A DNA stretch of 64,000 nt from the human T2T-CHM13v2.0 reference genome, Homo sapiens: NCBI RefSeq assembly GCF_009914755.1, contig NC_060936.1; one strand, 5' to 3'. The notes below the pieces were generated by a model. That model was given only the letters and a program-made list of their open reading frames with translations, ran no database searches and was not told where the DNA came from. Position numbers and translations under genes: made by a program. Positions 1 to 37,999 of the stretch are shown one piece after another. Each line of letters begins with the position of its first letter. Position 1 is the first letter of the stretch.

Positions 1-139
1 TTAATTCTTTGCTTTTTATTTTTAATGTATTTATTATAGATTTATACGTTGGGTTACCATGAGGCTTACCAAAACATCTAATACATATAACAAGTTACTT
101 TGAACAGATGACAACTTAACTTTGATCAAAATGAAAAGA

Positions 140-425
140 TGGGGAGGTGGGGATTGTTAATGGGTTTAAAAAAATAGAAAGAATAAATAAGACCTACTAT
201 TTGGTAGCACAATAGGACGACTATAGTCAATAATAACTTGATTGTATATTTTAAAATAACTAAGAGAGTTTAACTGGATAGTTTGTAACATAAAGGATAA
301 ATGCTTGAAGCTATGGATACCCCATTTTCCATGCTGAGATATTATATATTGCATGCCTATATCAGAGCATCTAATGTATGTCTATAAATATATATACCTA
401 CTATGTACCTGAAAAATCAAAAAGA
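140..425 (+). mobile_element. L1MA-type 3' end fragment
   Basis: Matches recalled L1MA 3'UTR (AATAAGACCTACTATTTG...GGATACCCCATTTTCCATG). Confidence 0.75.
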
Positions 426-426
426 A

Positions 427-2796
<2,370 letters not shown>

Positions 2797-3689
2797 TTCA
2801 AATTGTTCCTCTGTGTTATCTTGGAGTTTGCTGAGTTTTCTCAAGGTTGCTATTTTGAATTTCTGATCTGAAAGTTCACATATTGCCATCTTATTGGGGT
2901 TAATCACTGGTTACTTCTTGCTTCATCCATTTGGGAGGTCATGGTTCCCTGTTTGCTGTTGTTTTTATGCATATATGTCTAGGTCTTTCCAATGATGGAT
3001 TGTTTATTTTGCTGTCTAGGTTAGTGTTTCTAGCATACGTGTTTTTAGAGGTTTTGTGCAGGCTGCCTGTTGATTCCCTTAGCCCTAGATCACTGCCTCC
3101 TTTTTGGCACTAGATGGCACCATAAGCCTAGATTTGCTGCAGTTCTCATGAAAGTTTGAAGTGCTGCCTGTCCTGAATTCAGGGGGAGGGTCCCAAAGAG
3201 AATGCCCCAGCTGTCTGGGGAGGCTGGCTAGGGGTTCATGCCCAGAGGACCTATGGCTCACACCTCCTACAGCATCATGCTCCTGAAATACGTCTCTGAT
3301 TCAGTATCTGCTTTGTCTGAATGGAGACCAGCCCCCGTTTCACACACTGGGTTTCACTGTGTCCCCAACTGCCCTCAAGGGTCCTTCTCTCTATAGGCAC
3401 TTGCAATGCTTCCCCTGGATTGAGGCAGGAATGGCTTTTGTGCATAGGAATCCAAGATAATGGGGAAGCAGAGTGTCCACTGAAATCTCAGTTTTCCCAG
3501 TGTAGAAGCCTTGAGTCCAGGATAACTTTTCCACATGGTGCCTGGCTGTTTGCAGAAATGGGCATCACAGAGAAAGAAATCTGTTTCTCCTACCTTCTGC
3601 TCACAGTTTTTCACTTCTCTGTGGCTCCAGGGATTATCACAGCTTCAGTTTTGAGTTCTGGGATATCTGTGGTGATAATCTTTTCTTTC

Positions 3690-4019
3690 TTTTAATAGGT
3701 TTTTGGGAAACAGGTAGTGTTTGGTTACATGGATAAGTTCTTCAGTGGTGATTTCTGAGATTTTGGTGCATCCAACAGTTGAGCAGTGTGCGCTGTAGCC
3801 AATATATAGTCTTTTATCCCTCACCCCACTCCCACCCTTTCTCCAAGTCTCCAAAGTCGATTGCCTTTGTGTCCTCATAGCTTAGCTCCCACTTATAAGT
3901 GAGAACATATGATGTTTGGTTTTCCATTCCTGAGTGACTTCACTTAGAATAATGGTCTCCAGCTCCATCCAGGTGAATGCCATTATTTCATTCCTTTTTA
4001 TGGCTGAGTAATATTCCAT

Positions 4020-4072
<53 letters not shown>

Positions 4073-4157
4073 TTTCTTTATCCACTCATTGATTGATGGG
4101 CATTTGGGCTGGTTGAAATGTTTTTGCAATTGCAAATTATGCTGCTATAAACATGCA
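3690..4157 (-). mobile_element. L1PB/L1MA 3' end with internal (TG)n microsatellite (4023-4069)
   Basis: Antisense L1 3' end (- strand MEYYSAIKRNEIMAF...WMELETIILSEVTQEWKTKHHMFSLISGS is the ORF2 C-terminus). Confidence 0.85.
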
Positions 4158-4159
4158 TG

Positions 4160-6230
<2,071 letters not shown>

Positions 6231-6386
6231 CTCATTTTGTATAAAGGAAAACATGTGGTATCTCGGTTGTTAATGTTTAGAGATTAAATCAACCAAGTAA
6301 TTGCGGAACCCTTTTTTAGGAGCAAAATGTTTTGTCACCGTTTAGACTTGAGGCCTCAATTTCCTCACTTGCCAAAATGGGGGTAA

Positions 6387-7188
6387 TGAAGTAGGAGAAG
6401 CTCCCTTATCCCCCTCTCAGGGCGTGGGACAGGGATGTGGCTTGCTTCTTTGGTGTCCCACTGCTCAAAGCCCTAGGGGGAGCATGCAAATGGGCAGATC
6501 ATGGGGAATGTTTTTTGGGCTCGATCCTACAGCAGCATCCAGGGTTGAGTGTTTACAGCTCCTCAAGCCCTAGTTGGCGAGCGTTACAGTGCGCTCTTTC
6601 AGCTTTGCTGTCTGTAGGTGGCTTGTGTTAATCAGCTCAGTTAGACTCTTTCCTTATCCCAAGGACAGAGGGCTTTCTGTATCCCAGGTCCTTGCTCTAA
6701 TGTACTGGAAAAATCGGATCACACGGGGCCTTGGAGGATGAGTGCAAGATTTTATTGGGTGGTGGAGGTAGCTCCCAGCGAGATGGGTGGGAAGCCAGAA
6801 GGGGGAAGATGGATGGGAAGCCAGAGTGTGAAGGTTGTTTTCCCCTGAAGCCAGGCCGCCCAGCGGACTCTCCTCCGACTGCCCCTGGCCGAATTCCCCT
6901 TGGTGTCCATGTCGTTCTGCTGTCACTGGCCTGCTGGTGTCTGCTGGTGTCTGTTGGTATGCTCCTCTGTTCCTCTTGATGTCCAGCCACTTGTGTGTGT
7001 GCGCACTATGGTCCTGGGTTTTTATGGGCACAGGATTGGGAGGCGTGGTGGGCCAAAAGGCAACCTTTTGGGCGTGAAAACAGAATGCCTGTCCTCATCT
7101 AGGCCTGTGGGCACAGGCCTGAGGGTGGAGCCCTCGCCAGGGACCCTGTCTTTTCTACCCAGCATTTCCCTGCCCTCCTACCATATCA
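6387..7188 (-). mobile_element. Solo ERV1 LTR, LTR1 family, inserted in a MIR
   Basis: TG...CA termini; - strand starts TGATATGGTAGGAGGGCAGGGAAATGCTGGGTAGAA like LTR1; flanks GTAA/GCAA (4-bp TSD, 1 mismatch); MIR-like sequence on both sides. Confidence 0.8.
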
Positions 7189-7384
7189 GCAATAACGCCA
7201 AATCCTATAAGTTTTTGGAGTTTTTCACAGGAGACGTTTGTAGAACACAGCCAACAGGGAAAGGCAGAAAACATTCGTTTCTTGAGTGTCTACTGTGTGC
7301 CACTTACCATGCTGATTGTTTGCTTTTATTTTATATCTTCAGAGCTATCATGCCACATAGGTATTATAATAGTTTCGATTTTAT

Positions 7385-9047
<1,663 letters not shown>

Positions 9048-10407
9048 CTAGAATTATTTTCAGTATATAATTGGTGATTGATGTTTTGCTGTAGGCTATT
9101 TACATAATTCTCCTAGGCACTTAGCTGGGCCCCAGGGACACAAGGTGAATTAGACACAGGCTGCCCTTCACAAGTTCACAATCTTGTAGGTAAAACAGTG
9201 GTGGTATCACAGGGTAGCTTGGGGGAACTTTAGTTATTCCCTCCTCCCAGCCTCCCAGCCACAGCTATTTCTTGATATAGTTAGAGTTTTCATGATCTCA
9301 TGTGAAGTACTTGGTCAACCCAGCTTCAAATTCTTTCTCTATCCAGTCTCTGCCCTTTGAAGTCCTCTGTAAGAGACATTCTGCAGCTGCTCTGAGGAAT
9401 AAATACCATGCAGCCCAAGTGCAATGATAGGAGGACAGAATGTTCTGGAAGCACCTGGCCCAGCAAGCCCATTGCTGAATGAGGGGTAGAGATAAGTCAG
9501 CCCAGGAAGGGTGGCCCACAGGTGATGTGGCTTCACGGTGCACTTCGCTTTGGGGAAAGCAGCGGGAGACACAGACTAATGAAGGGCCAACTCCTGTGCC
9601 ATGCTCAGGAATTTGCATGTTGATTTGCGTGTCTCTCCTCTCTTCCAATCACACTGAGATGGCAGGAAGCTTGTTTTGTTTTGTTCTCCTTTGGAGTCCT
9701 GGCTCCTCCCACCGTGATTTATTGGCCTGGAACAGGTGTTGAGTGTGTGTGCTGAATGGATGCAGATTTTGGGAACCGCATGAGGCAGAAATGTCACAGA
9801 AGGACTTGCGGGCAGCCACGCAGAGGAAGGATATGATGGGGACAAGACTGAAGGTGGAGAAGACACTGTGGCTAGGACTAATCATCAAGGTGGGGTGTGG
9901 GGAATGAGGGGTGGGGAGACCAAGACACTGGCTGTAGGGCTGGGGAGCAGCAGAAGGATTAGAAAGATATTTAGGTGGTAGAATGAGCAGAACTTGGCTG
10001 GCTAGGGATAACTGTAACCATGAATGATGGTACGAGGAGCAGGCAGGGGGAGGAAAGTCCATGTAAGGCCAACAGATTTAACTAGAACAGAGTATTCCTC
10101 CAACCCATTCCAGAAATGCACTGTATCTGAATTGCCAGCATTTAAAGATTCACCACATAATCATGGAACCTAATCTTGTTGAGACTTCTAGGGTTTTGCT
10201 GATAAACTCCAACTGTGGAGAGGTCCTCTGAGGTGGACTGATGGTTTATTTTAAATGGGATGTTCTGAATATGGTTTGATGGTGGCTTTTCCATCAATCA
10301 TCTCATACTGAAAATTATGGCAGAGGTGGAAGGAGGGTGGTGAGTTCTATAAATTATTATCCTGTGGCAACTAGAATAGTGGCCTGCACACAGCAAGGGC
10401 TCCATAA

Positions 10408-12725
<2,318 letters not shown>

Positions 12726-12749
12726 AATTTATTCATTTTTAAATATCAT

Positions 12750-16893
<4,144 letters not shown>

Positions 16894-17119
16894 CTACGAT
16901 GTTCAGTGTATGCTTCATCTACGGTCAAAGAGGCAAAGACTGAAGTGACAGTGGAAGCCAGGTGGTTATCTGGGAGGCTTACAAGACTATGTGATAGTAT
17001 GGAAAATACTAGTATTAAGTGAAATGCTGGATGCAAAACTATGCATAGAGGGGAAAAACTGGAAAGAAATAGTAAACACAGCAAAAGTAGTTTGTGTGAA
17101 GGATAAATTTTTTAAAATT

Positions 17120-17242
17120 ATTTTTTGTAGAAACAGGGTTTCTCTACATTGCCCAGGATGGTCTCAAACTCCTGGGCTCAAGCGATCAATCCTCCCACCT
17201 CGGCCTCCCAAAGTGCACAGGTGTAAGCCACCGCGCCCAGCC
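17120..17242 (-). mobile_element. Alu left monomer (FLAM-like) next to the promoter
   Basis: Single antisense left-arm sequence. Confidence 0.8.
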
Positions 17243-17339
17243 GAAGGATAAGGATTTTGGGTGGTGCGCTCTTTTCTCCTTTCCATTTCTGCATTTTCCA
17301 ATTTACCTTTAGCGACCGTTCTTTCCTGTTAAAAAAAAA

Positions 17340-18080
17340 AAATTCACGACCTTGAAGAAGATACACGGGCTATGACTTCGCTGTTGTCACCGAGCGCCCC
17401 GCCCACCGCGTTCTCCGACCCGCGGCCGGCAGGGGGCTCGCGGCCTCCGCCAGGCGTCCTTCGGCTCCGTCAGTTCCCACAGGGCCTTGTGCGACATGGG
17501 CTGCGCCGAGGGCAAGGCAGTGGCGGCGGCCGCCCCAACGGAGCTGCAGACGAAAGGCAAGAACGGCGATGGCCGCCGTAGGTCAGGTACGACCGAGGGC
17601 GAAGGCCTGGTCCCCAGGTCGACGGGCCGAAGCGGGCCTTCCGGCCGGGGTTGGGGATAAAGTGCCCCGGAGCCCTGGCCTTGAAGCCCCTCACTGGAGT
17701 CAGTGACTGACCGCGCGCCACGCTGGAGACCCCAGAAACGCTCCCCCAGGTCACCCCGGGAGACGGAGGCCGGCGGCCGGCCGAGGGCTGCCCCGCCCGC
17801 TGGCTGTGAGAGAGGTGGGAGGTGGAAGGAGGAGCGGGCCCGCCGCGAGGACCTGCCCGGAAACCTGTCGGAAACCGAACCGAGATCTCGGCAGCGACCC
17901 GCCTGATTTCGCTCAGGGCCCGTTAGGGCGTCCTCTTCCTACAAGCACCGTGTTTCCAATGAAAGGTTACGGGGGAAGCGACCAAACCGACAGCCGAGTC
18001 CGGGGGTGCCCCTTCACCTCTCCAGAAGCCCCCGGCCCACTCCCAGCATCCTCCTCCATCGAGAATCTTGTCCGACACGC
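17340..18080 (+). promoter_or_regulatory. TXNRD1: CpG-island promoter of TXNRD1_v3 with GC box (17397-17404) and initiator TCAGTTC (17470-17476)
   Basis: Only extended CpG/GC-rich non-Alu stretch in the window; CCCCGCCC Sp/KLF site; Inr match would place the TSS about 24 nt upstream of the ATG; no TATA box. Confidence 0.85.
17496..17586 (+). CDS. TXNRD1: TXNRD1_v3 coding exon 1 (MGCAEGKAVAAAAPTELQTKGKNGDGRRRS + 1 nt); N-terminal MGC acylation motif
   Basis: ATG at 17496 in strong Kozak context (GCGACATGG) inside a CpG island; 91 nt ending at donor CAG|GTACGA; translation matches the recalled N-terminus of the long Grx-domain TXNRD1 isoform. Confidence 0.96.
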
Positions 18081-18209
18081 CTTCCCGGCCCCCTTTCTCC
18101 ATCCCCTTGAATTTTGGGCACATTTCTCCCACCATCATCCCGCTTTATCCTTTCACTTGTTCTTCCAGAAGAGAAAGCTCCCAGTCTCTTCTCCATTGTC
18201 CGGATAATG

Positions 18210-18460
18210 CCAATAATGGCTAGTGGTTACTAAGCACTGACATGAGAGGGGCCTTTGGAAGCACTAGACATGGGTAATAATCTTGGTTCATGTTTCCAGC
18301 CATACTGAGAGATTTATCATAAACCCCATTATACAGATGAAGAAACTGAGAAGCAAAGAGGTTATAAAACTTACCCAAAGCACACAACTACTAAGTGGAA
18401 GAGCTGGGATACCAGTTGAGGCCATCTGACTCAAAAGCCCTGGTCATAGTCATATGGCCG
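18210..18460 (-). mobile_element. MIR
   Basis: MIR core CCCCATTATACAGATGAAGAAACTGAG. Confidence 0.8.
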
Positions 18461-18885
18461 CCTCCACCTTTTTTATAGGCTTGAGAAAGTGAGGCTCCAA
18501 AAAGTGCCTTGCCCAATGGCTAGAATTATTAAATGCTGTAGGATCTGCCTCTTTTAAAGGCTTACAGTTTAGTTACAAGGCAGCATATGGTGAAGGGCTA
18601 AAAGGAGTGGTAAAAACAGCCAAGTGGGGATGGCAGCTCCCATAGATGAGGTAGGATTTGGTAGAGGTGTCTGAAGGGAGAACATTCTTGTTAGGGGAAG
18701 CAGCCGGTGAGACCATGCTAGAGATAGGGAGGCCTGTATATCCTGCTGGAGTTAAGGACTTGGATTAGGGGAAGGGAAGAATAAAGGAACAGGGTAGGAG
18801 CAAGGTCAGGCAAGGTCCAGGTCAGGCAGCTAATTTGTGGCCATTAGTACAATGAAGGAGTTTGAGCAGGTGCATCCCAAATTGA

Positions 18886-20915
<2,030 letters not shown>

Positions 20916-21558
20916 GCCCATATTATACATAACTATTGACATTAAAAATGTTCTTTTGTGTGTCACCTACAAACACTCTAGAAGCCACCTTCCTTAAGTA
21001 CCATATGATCTCTAAGTTCCTTCTCAAATTAAAATTATGTGGTTAAGTTTCAAGAAACTAATTTCTTAATGATGCAGAAGGTTTTGCTTGAATGACTCTT
21101 CAACCGAGCATCTATTATTTATCAGGCACTGGGAACTCAGGGATAAACAAGGCATGATCTCAGTCCTTGAACATAGAGTCTCGTGGAGAAGAATGGCGTA
21201 GAAAATGCAGTGTCATGATGTGTAATCATAAAAGTAGATGGGTACACACCACTTCAGGAGAATGGCAGAGGGAGTTAACATCTTGGCACTTAGCATTTAG
21301 TATTTCTTCTGTAACACACATTCCATTCTATTTTAATGAGCTTGCAAACATTTTTCCTGCTGGATTTTTGAGGATCAGGAATGTGTTTTGTTCACTATCT
21401 TATCTCCTACAGTCCTTGGCATACTGCCCTACAAATCAGTAAATGTGTTTATATGACTCATATGGCAAAAGGCAATTTTTTTTTTTTTAATAAGTGAGGA
21501 ATGTTCCAAAAGCCAATGCTATTAACATTGACCAGCTTCTTCTAGTAAGGAGAGGAGA

Positions 21559-21745
21559 CAGTATTTTTTCAAAGTGCGGTCCTAAGACCACCTGCAAGAG
21601 AATTAATTACATGCTGGGAATGTGTAGATTAAAAACTCATTTTCCTGTTCTCCATTTCAGACCTACTAAATCAGCCTCAGAGTGAAGGAAGCTTCATTTT
21701 TGGTGTCTCAAGTGATTCTATTTGAACCAAGGCCTGAGAACACTG
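21559..21745. mobile_element. MER5-type hAT MITE
   Basis: ~190 bp with degenerate CAGT..TTCAAA / TGAGAACACTG termini and internal CAGACCTACTAAATCAG motif. Confidence 0.7.
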
Positions 21746-22106
21746 CAGTGAGGTGTTTAGGCCAGCGTCAAATCACCTATTTCTGGGCAGAGGTGCCTAT
21801 CCTTAGCAATGGGGCTGAGGCTGGGGTGGAGGTTGCTACTGCAGATCACTGAGGCTGATAAGGGTGAGTCAGATGCCCCAAGAGGAAATTGAAAGCTTTG
21901 GAATGGAACCAAAGATCGTGACTGACATGCAGTCATGCAATCTGCAATCAGAAGTTAGTATTACACGATGCGCTAGATAATTGTAGAGTAATCTTGCTTT
22001 TTGTTGATTTTAACCAGGTAATTTAAAGTCATTACTCATTATTTGGATTTTCACATTTGAATGTTTACTCTTTGTATTAATGTGTACTGAGTATTTAAAG
22101 CTTTTA

Positions 22107-26371
<4,265 letters not shown>

Positions 26372-27113
26372 ATAGCTGTCTTGTTTAGAGTTGAATTTCC
26401 TGTTTGGGATAGTTCATGGCACATAGTAGATGCTCGGTAAATGTTCAAATATAGTTGTGTCAAGTTATTCCCTCCTGATTTTCTCCCCCACTGTTTGATC
26501 AACCCAGGAATCTCTTTCCCCCTTGGAAACTTCTTTTATCTACCTCTCTGCCCCTGACTCACTGGAATCCTACAAATGGGACATCTCAGGCAGGTAAAAT
26601 TGCCATTGTTATGAGGGTGAGAGAATGCAGATTTTTTACAGTGTATTTCCAATGTCCCATATGGAACATTGTATTTCCCAGTAATACAGTTTTTTTGAAA
26701 GAGGGGATAACACCAAAGTAGTCTTGTTAATTAGATAATATTTATTCATTTAATACTTACTAACCATCTTCCATATGTTAGGCATTGTTGTAGGTGCTGG
26801 GGATCTGTGAGTAAATATGCCCATATGGAGTTGTTTTCTAGAGTAATGTAGAACTTCTGAGAGCTTTAATAAAAAGGAGTAACATTTATTGAATGCTTAT
26901 TATGATCCAGGTACTGTGCTGAGTGCTTTATATGTATTAACACATTTAATCACTGCAAGAGGCAAATGAGGAAAGTGAGGCCCAGAGAGGTAACAAGCAT
27001 ACAACTATTAAGTAGTGGAGCGAGGATTCTCATGCTGGAAGCTAGTGTACTTAACCACTGTGCTCTACTGCCTTGCTTAATAGAGTGATTGGGCACGTCT
27101 AATGAAACCTTGG

Positions 27114-27480
27114 TGATATGGTTTAGCTCTGTGTCCCCACCCAAATCTCACCTTGAATTGTAATGATCCGCATGTGTCAAGGGCAGTACCAGATGGAGAT
27201 AACTGAATCATGGGGGTGGTTTCTGCCATGCCTGTTCTCATGATAGTGAGTGAGTTCTCATGAGATATGATGGTTTTATAAAGGGCTTCCCCCTTCACTT
27301 GGCACTCATTCTCTCTCCTGCCACCATGTGAAGAGGTGCCTTCTGCCATGACTAAAAGTTTCCTGAGGCCTCCCCAGCCATGCAGAACTATGAATCAATT
27401 AAACCTCTTTTTTTTTTTTTTTTTATAAATTACCTAGTCTCAGATATGTCCTTATAGCAGCGTGAGAATGGACTAATACA
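27114..27480 (+). mobile_element. Solo THE1 (MaLR) LTR, THE1C/D-like
   Basis: Begins TGATATGGTTTAGCTCTGTGTCCCCACCCAAATCTC and ends GGACTAATACA; flanks CTTGG/CCTGG (5-bp TSD, 1 mismatch). Confidence 0.9.
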
Positions 27481-27610
27481 CCTGGATTCCTCCATCCCTT
27501 CATAAGACCTGAACAGGAAGCACTGTTTCCCATTAAAATAAGCAGTTGAAATAAAATCAAACTTTTTAGTGGATTACCAGTATCTGGAAACAATAGAAAA
27601 AGAAGCTTAT

Positions 27611-32345
<4,735 letters not shown>

Positions 32346-32363
32346 TTTGTTTTGTTTTGTTTT

Positions 32364-32890
32364 AAGGAGCAGAAAGTTTAATAGGCAAGAAAGAAGGAAG
32401 AAGCTCCCCCATACAGAGACAGAGGGAAAGTCAAGAGGAAACCCTGTGTCGGGCAGAAAAGTGGCTACTTATATGAGGAGGCTGGAGGAGGTGGTGTCTG
32501 ATTTGCATAGTGCTCAGTGGATTGGTTTGATCAGCATGTCATTCACGAAGCCCCTGAAAAATCTGGCCCTCACACCCTAGCCTTTTAATATGCAAATGCA
32601 GGGCGCCATGATGTTTTACACACGTGAGGATGTGTGGGGGTGACCATGTTGCCAGGCACATGTCGGGGCAAGGGCAAGAAAAAGAGGGTGGGAATCACCA
32701 TGTTTGGGTGGACTCAGTTTCTAATGGCTTGCATTTTCATATCAAAGGTTGCCTGCCCGGCTCTAAGAGCCCGGTCTTCCCTGCTAGACAAGAAACATTT
32801 CTGGAGCTGCTTTAAAAGAAACGAAAACTTCCCAAGGACCCCTTTTCCTGTCTCTCTGCCTAAAATAATTTATTAATAACTCCTATAACA
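32364..32890 (-). mobile_element. ERV1 3' LTR (LTR25/MER61-like), truncated just after its poly(A) signal
   Basis: - strand starts TGTTATAGGAGTTATT directly after a purine tract (32891-32899); ATTAAA at 32377-32382 followed by an A-rich tail; no terminal U5/CA. Confidence 0.75.
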
Positions 32891-36217
<3,327 letters not shown>

Positions 36218-36727
36218 TGATCCACCCACCTCAGCCTCCCAAAAGTTCTGGGATTACAGGTGTGAGCCACCGTGCCTGGCCAAAAAGCAACTAATTTTTT
36301 AAAGAATAAACATTTTAAAGTCAGGGAAAAAAAAAAAAAAAAAAAAGAAGCCTTCCAAAATTTAACTCAGGTATTTGACCTCTCATGGAGGAATGTTATG
36401 CTGCTTCTGAGCCAAACTCTAACTGCAGCTAGAACAGGCAGCTCTGCAAGCAGAAGAAAATTTTGGAGATGAGCAATATATCTCCTATAGTAGGCCAGAA
36501 GGGAAAAGAAAAAATAGGGAAGGCAAAGAAATAGGGGGAACACCATTCCCAATAGGAAAAGAGGCAATACCTCTTGATGACCCTCAATTGGAACTCCTTT
36601 CTATGGTGTTTTTCCTTCATTTGCAGTTTAAAATGGCTTCTATCTCTTATGTAATGTTCTTCTAACCTGGGAAAAGTTAATTTTCCAAATCTTAAAATGC
36701 TTGGCTTAGAGTTGAGCTGGGGGAAGG

Positions 36728-37169
36728 TGTTGGATATAAGAGTTCGGAGTCGCAAAGAAAATGAGCACTCAAAGAATTTCTCAGCAAGGCAAATTTACTT
36801 CTGCAGAAAGGTGCTGCTCATTCTTCTGGTCACTGTGAGAGCACACTGAACAAAGGAGGGAAGGGTTTTTATCCCTAATGCAGTCAGTCCTTGCTACTGT
36901 GTCCGATCCCCATTGGTTGGGGTTGGACCGCACAATCTAAGCTGATCCTGATTTGCTACTTGAAATGGAGCAGGGGTGTGGGCTACAAAAGTAAGGGTGC
37001 CAAATAAGGAACAGATGTGGGTTGTTACAGATTGGGAACGGATGTGCGTTACAGATTGGGAATGGCTGGAAGGTTGTTTACCGTACCTAGGGGCAAGGAG
37101 GCAAGGAAGTTAGGCTTTGAAAATAGAGGACAAGCAGAACCTTTAAAGAAGAACTCACTGTTTCCAGCA
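36728..37169 (-). mobile_element. Second solo LTR10-family LTR nested in the ERV
   Basis: TG...CA termini with perfect 4-bp TSD AAGG (36724-36727 / 37170-37173); LTR10-type TCTCAGCAAGGCAAATTTACTTCTGCAGAA. Confidence 0.8.
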
Positions 37170-37573
37170 AAGGGAACCCAGAAGCCTGATATGACATCAA
37201 GAGGGTAAAAAGGTTTACCAGTCGGGCTTTTGGCTTCTCTCTCCTTGTGCAAACCAGTAAAAGGGATAATAAGGATCATTGTTTATATTCTCTGTAAATT
37301 TATAGTTAATGAAAAAGGATTTGTGAGGTTAGTCTTAAGCTGTAGACAATCTGGTGTGCTTTGCATGTCTTTCTGTGTGGTTCTGTTGAGGAAAGGGTAT
37401 CTTAGGTTAGAATGCAGGCCCAGAAACCCATAAGCCTGCTGTTTGAGCCACCCCAACAAAATGGTCAGTAACAAACTTAGCTACAAGCTTCCATGTTGTT
37501 TCATGTCCTTGGGAACATAACCTGTAGCCACGTGGCAATACTTTATTTTAGTCCCTGCAATTTTACAATGGTG

Positions 37574-37999
37574 GCTGTCTTCTTGTGCTAAGTCAGTTCC
37601 TGGGTGAGGGCCACAAAATCAAGTAAACCAGTTTGTTAATCTGGGTGGTGCCAGCTGATCCATCAAGGGCAGGGTTTACAAAATATCTTAAGTGCTAACC
37701 TTAAGAGCGGTTTAGGGAGGGTGAAAATCTTGTAGCCTCCAGCTGCAGGCTCCTGGGCCATGGTTTCTAATCTTGTGGCTAGTTTCTTGGTCTGTTCCCA
37801 GGCAAGAGGGAAGTATATCTTGGGAAATACTGTTATCATCTTTGTTTTAGACTATAGACTGTAAATCCGACTCCTCCCAAAGTTGGTTCGGCCTAAACCA
37901 GGGATGGGCAAGGACAGCTTGGGGGCTGAAAACAAAATGGAATTGTTTGGGTCAGATCTCTTTCACTGTCTCAGTCACAATTTTGCAATGACAGTTTCA
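37574..37999 (-). mobile_element. LTR8-like fragment within the ERV internal region
   Basis: - strand TGAAACTGTCATTGCAAAATTGTGACTGAGACAGTGAAAGAGATCT matches the recalled LTR8 5' end. Confidence 0.75.

Noticed and set aside
17581-17712. Possible estrogen response elements (GGTCA..CGACC; AGTCAGTGACTGACC)
   Set aside because: Spacers are 4-5 nt rather than 3 and the half-sites are imperfect
17703-18207. GC-rich ORFs of 67 and 133 aa in the CpG island
   Set aside because: Expected stop-codon depletion in GC-rich intron 1; non-ATG starts
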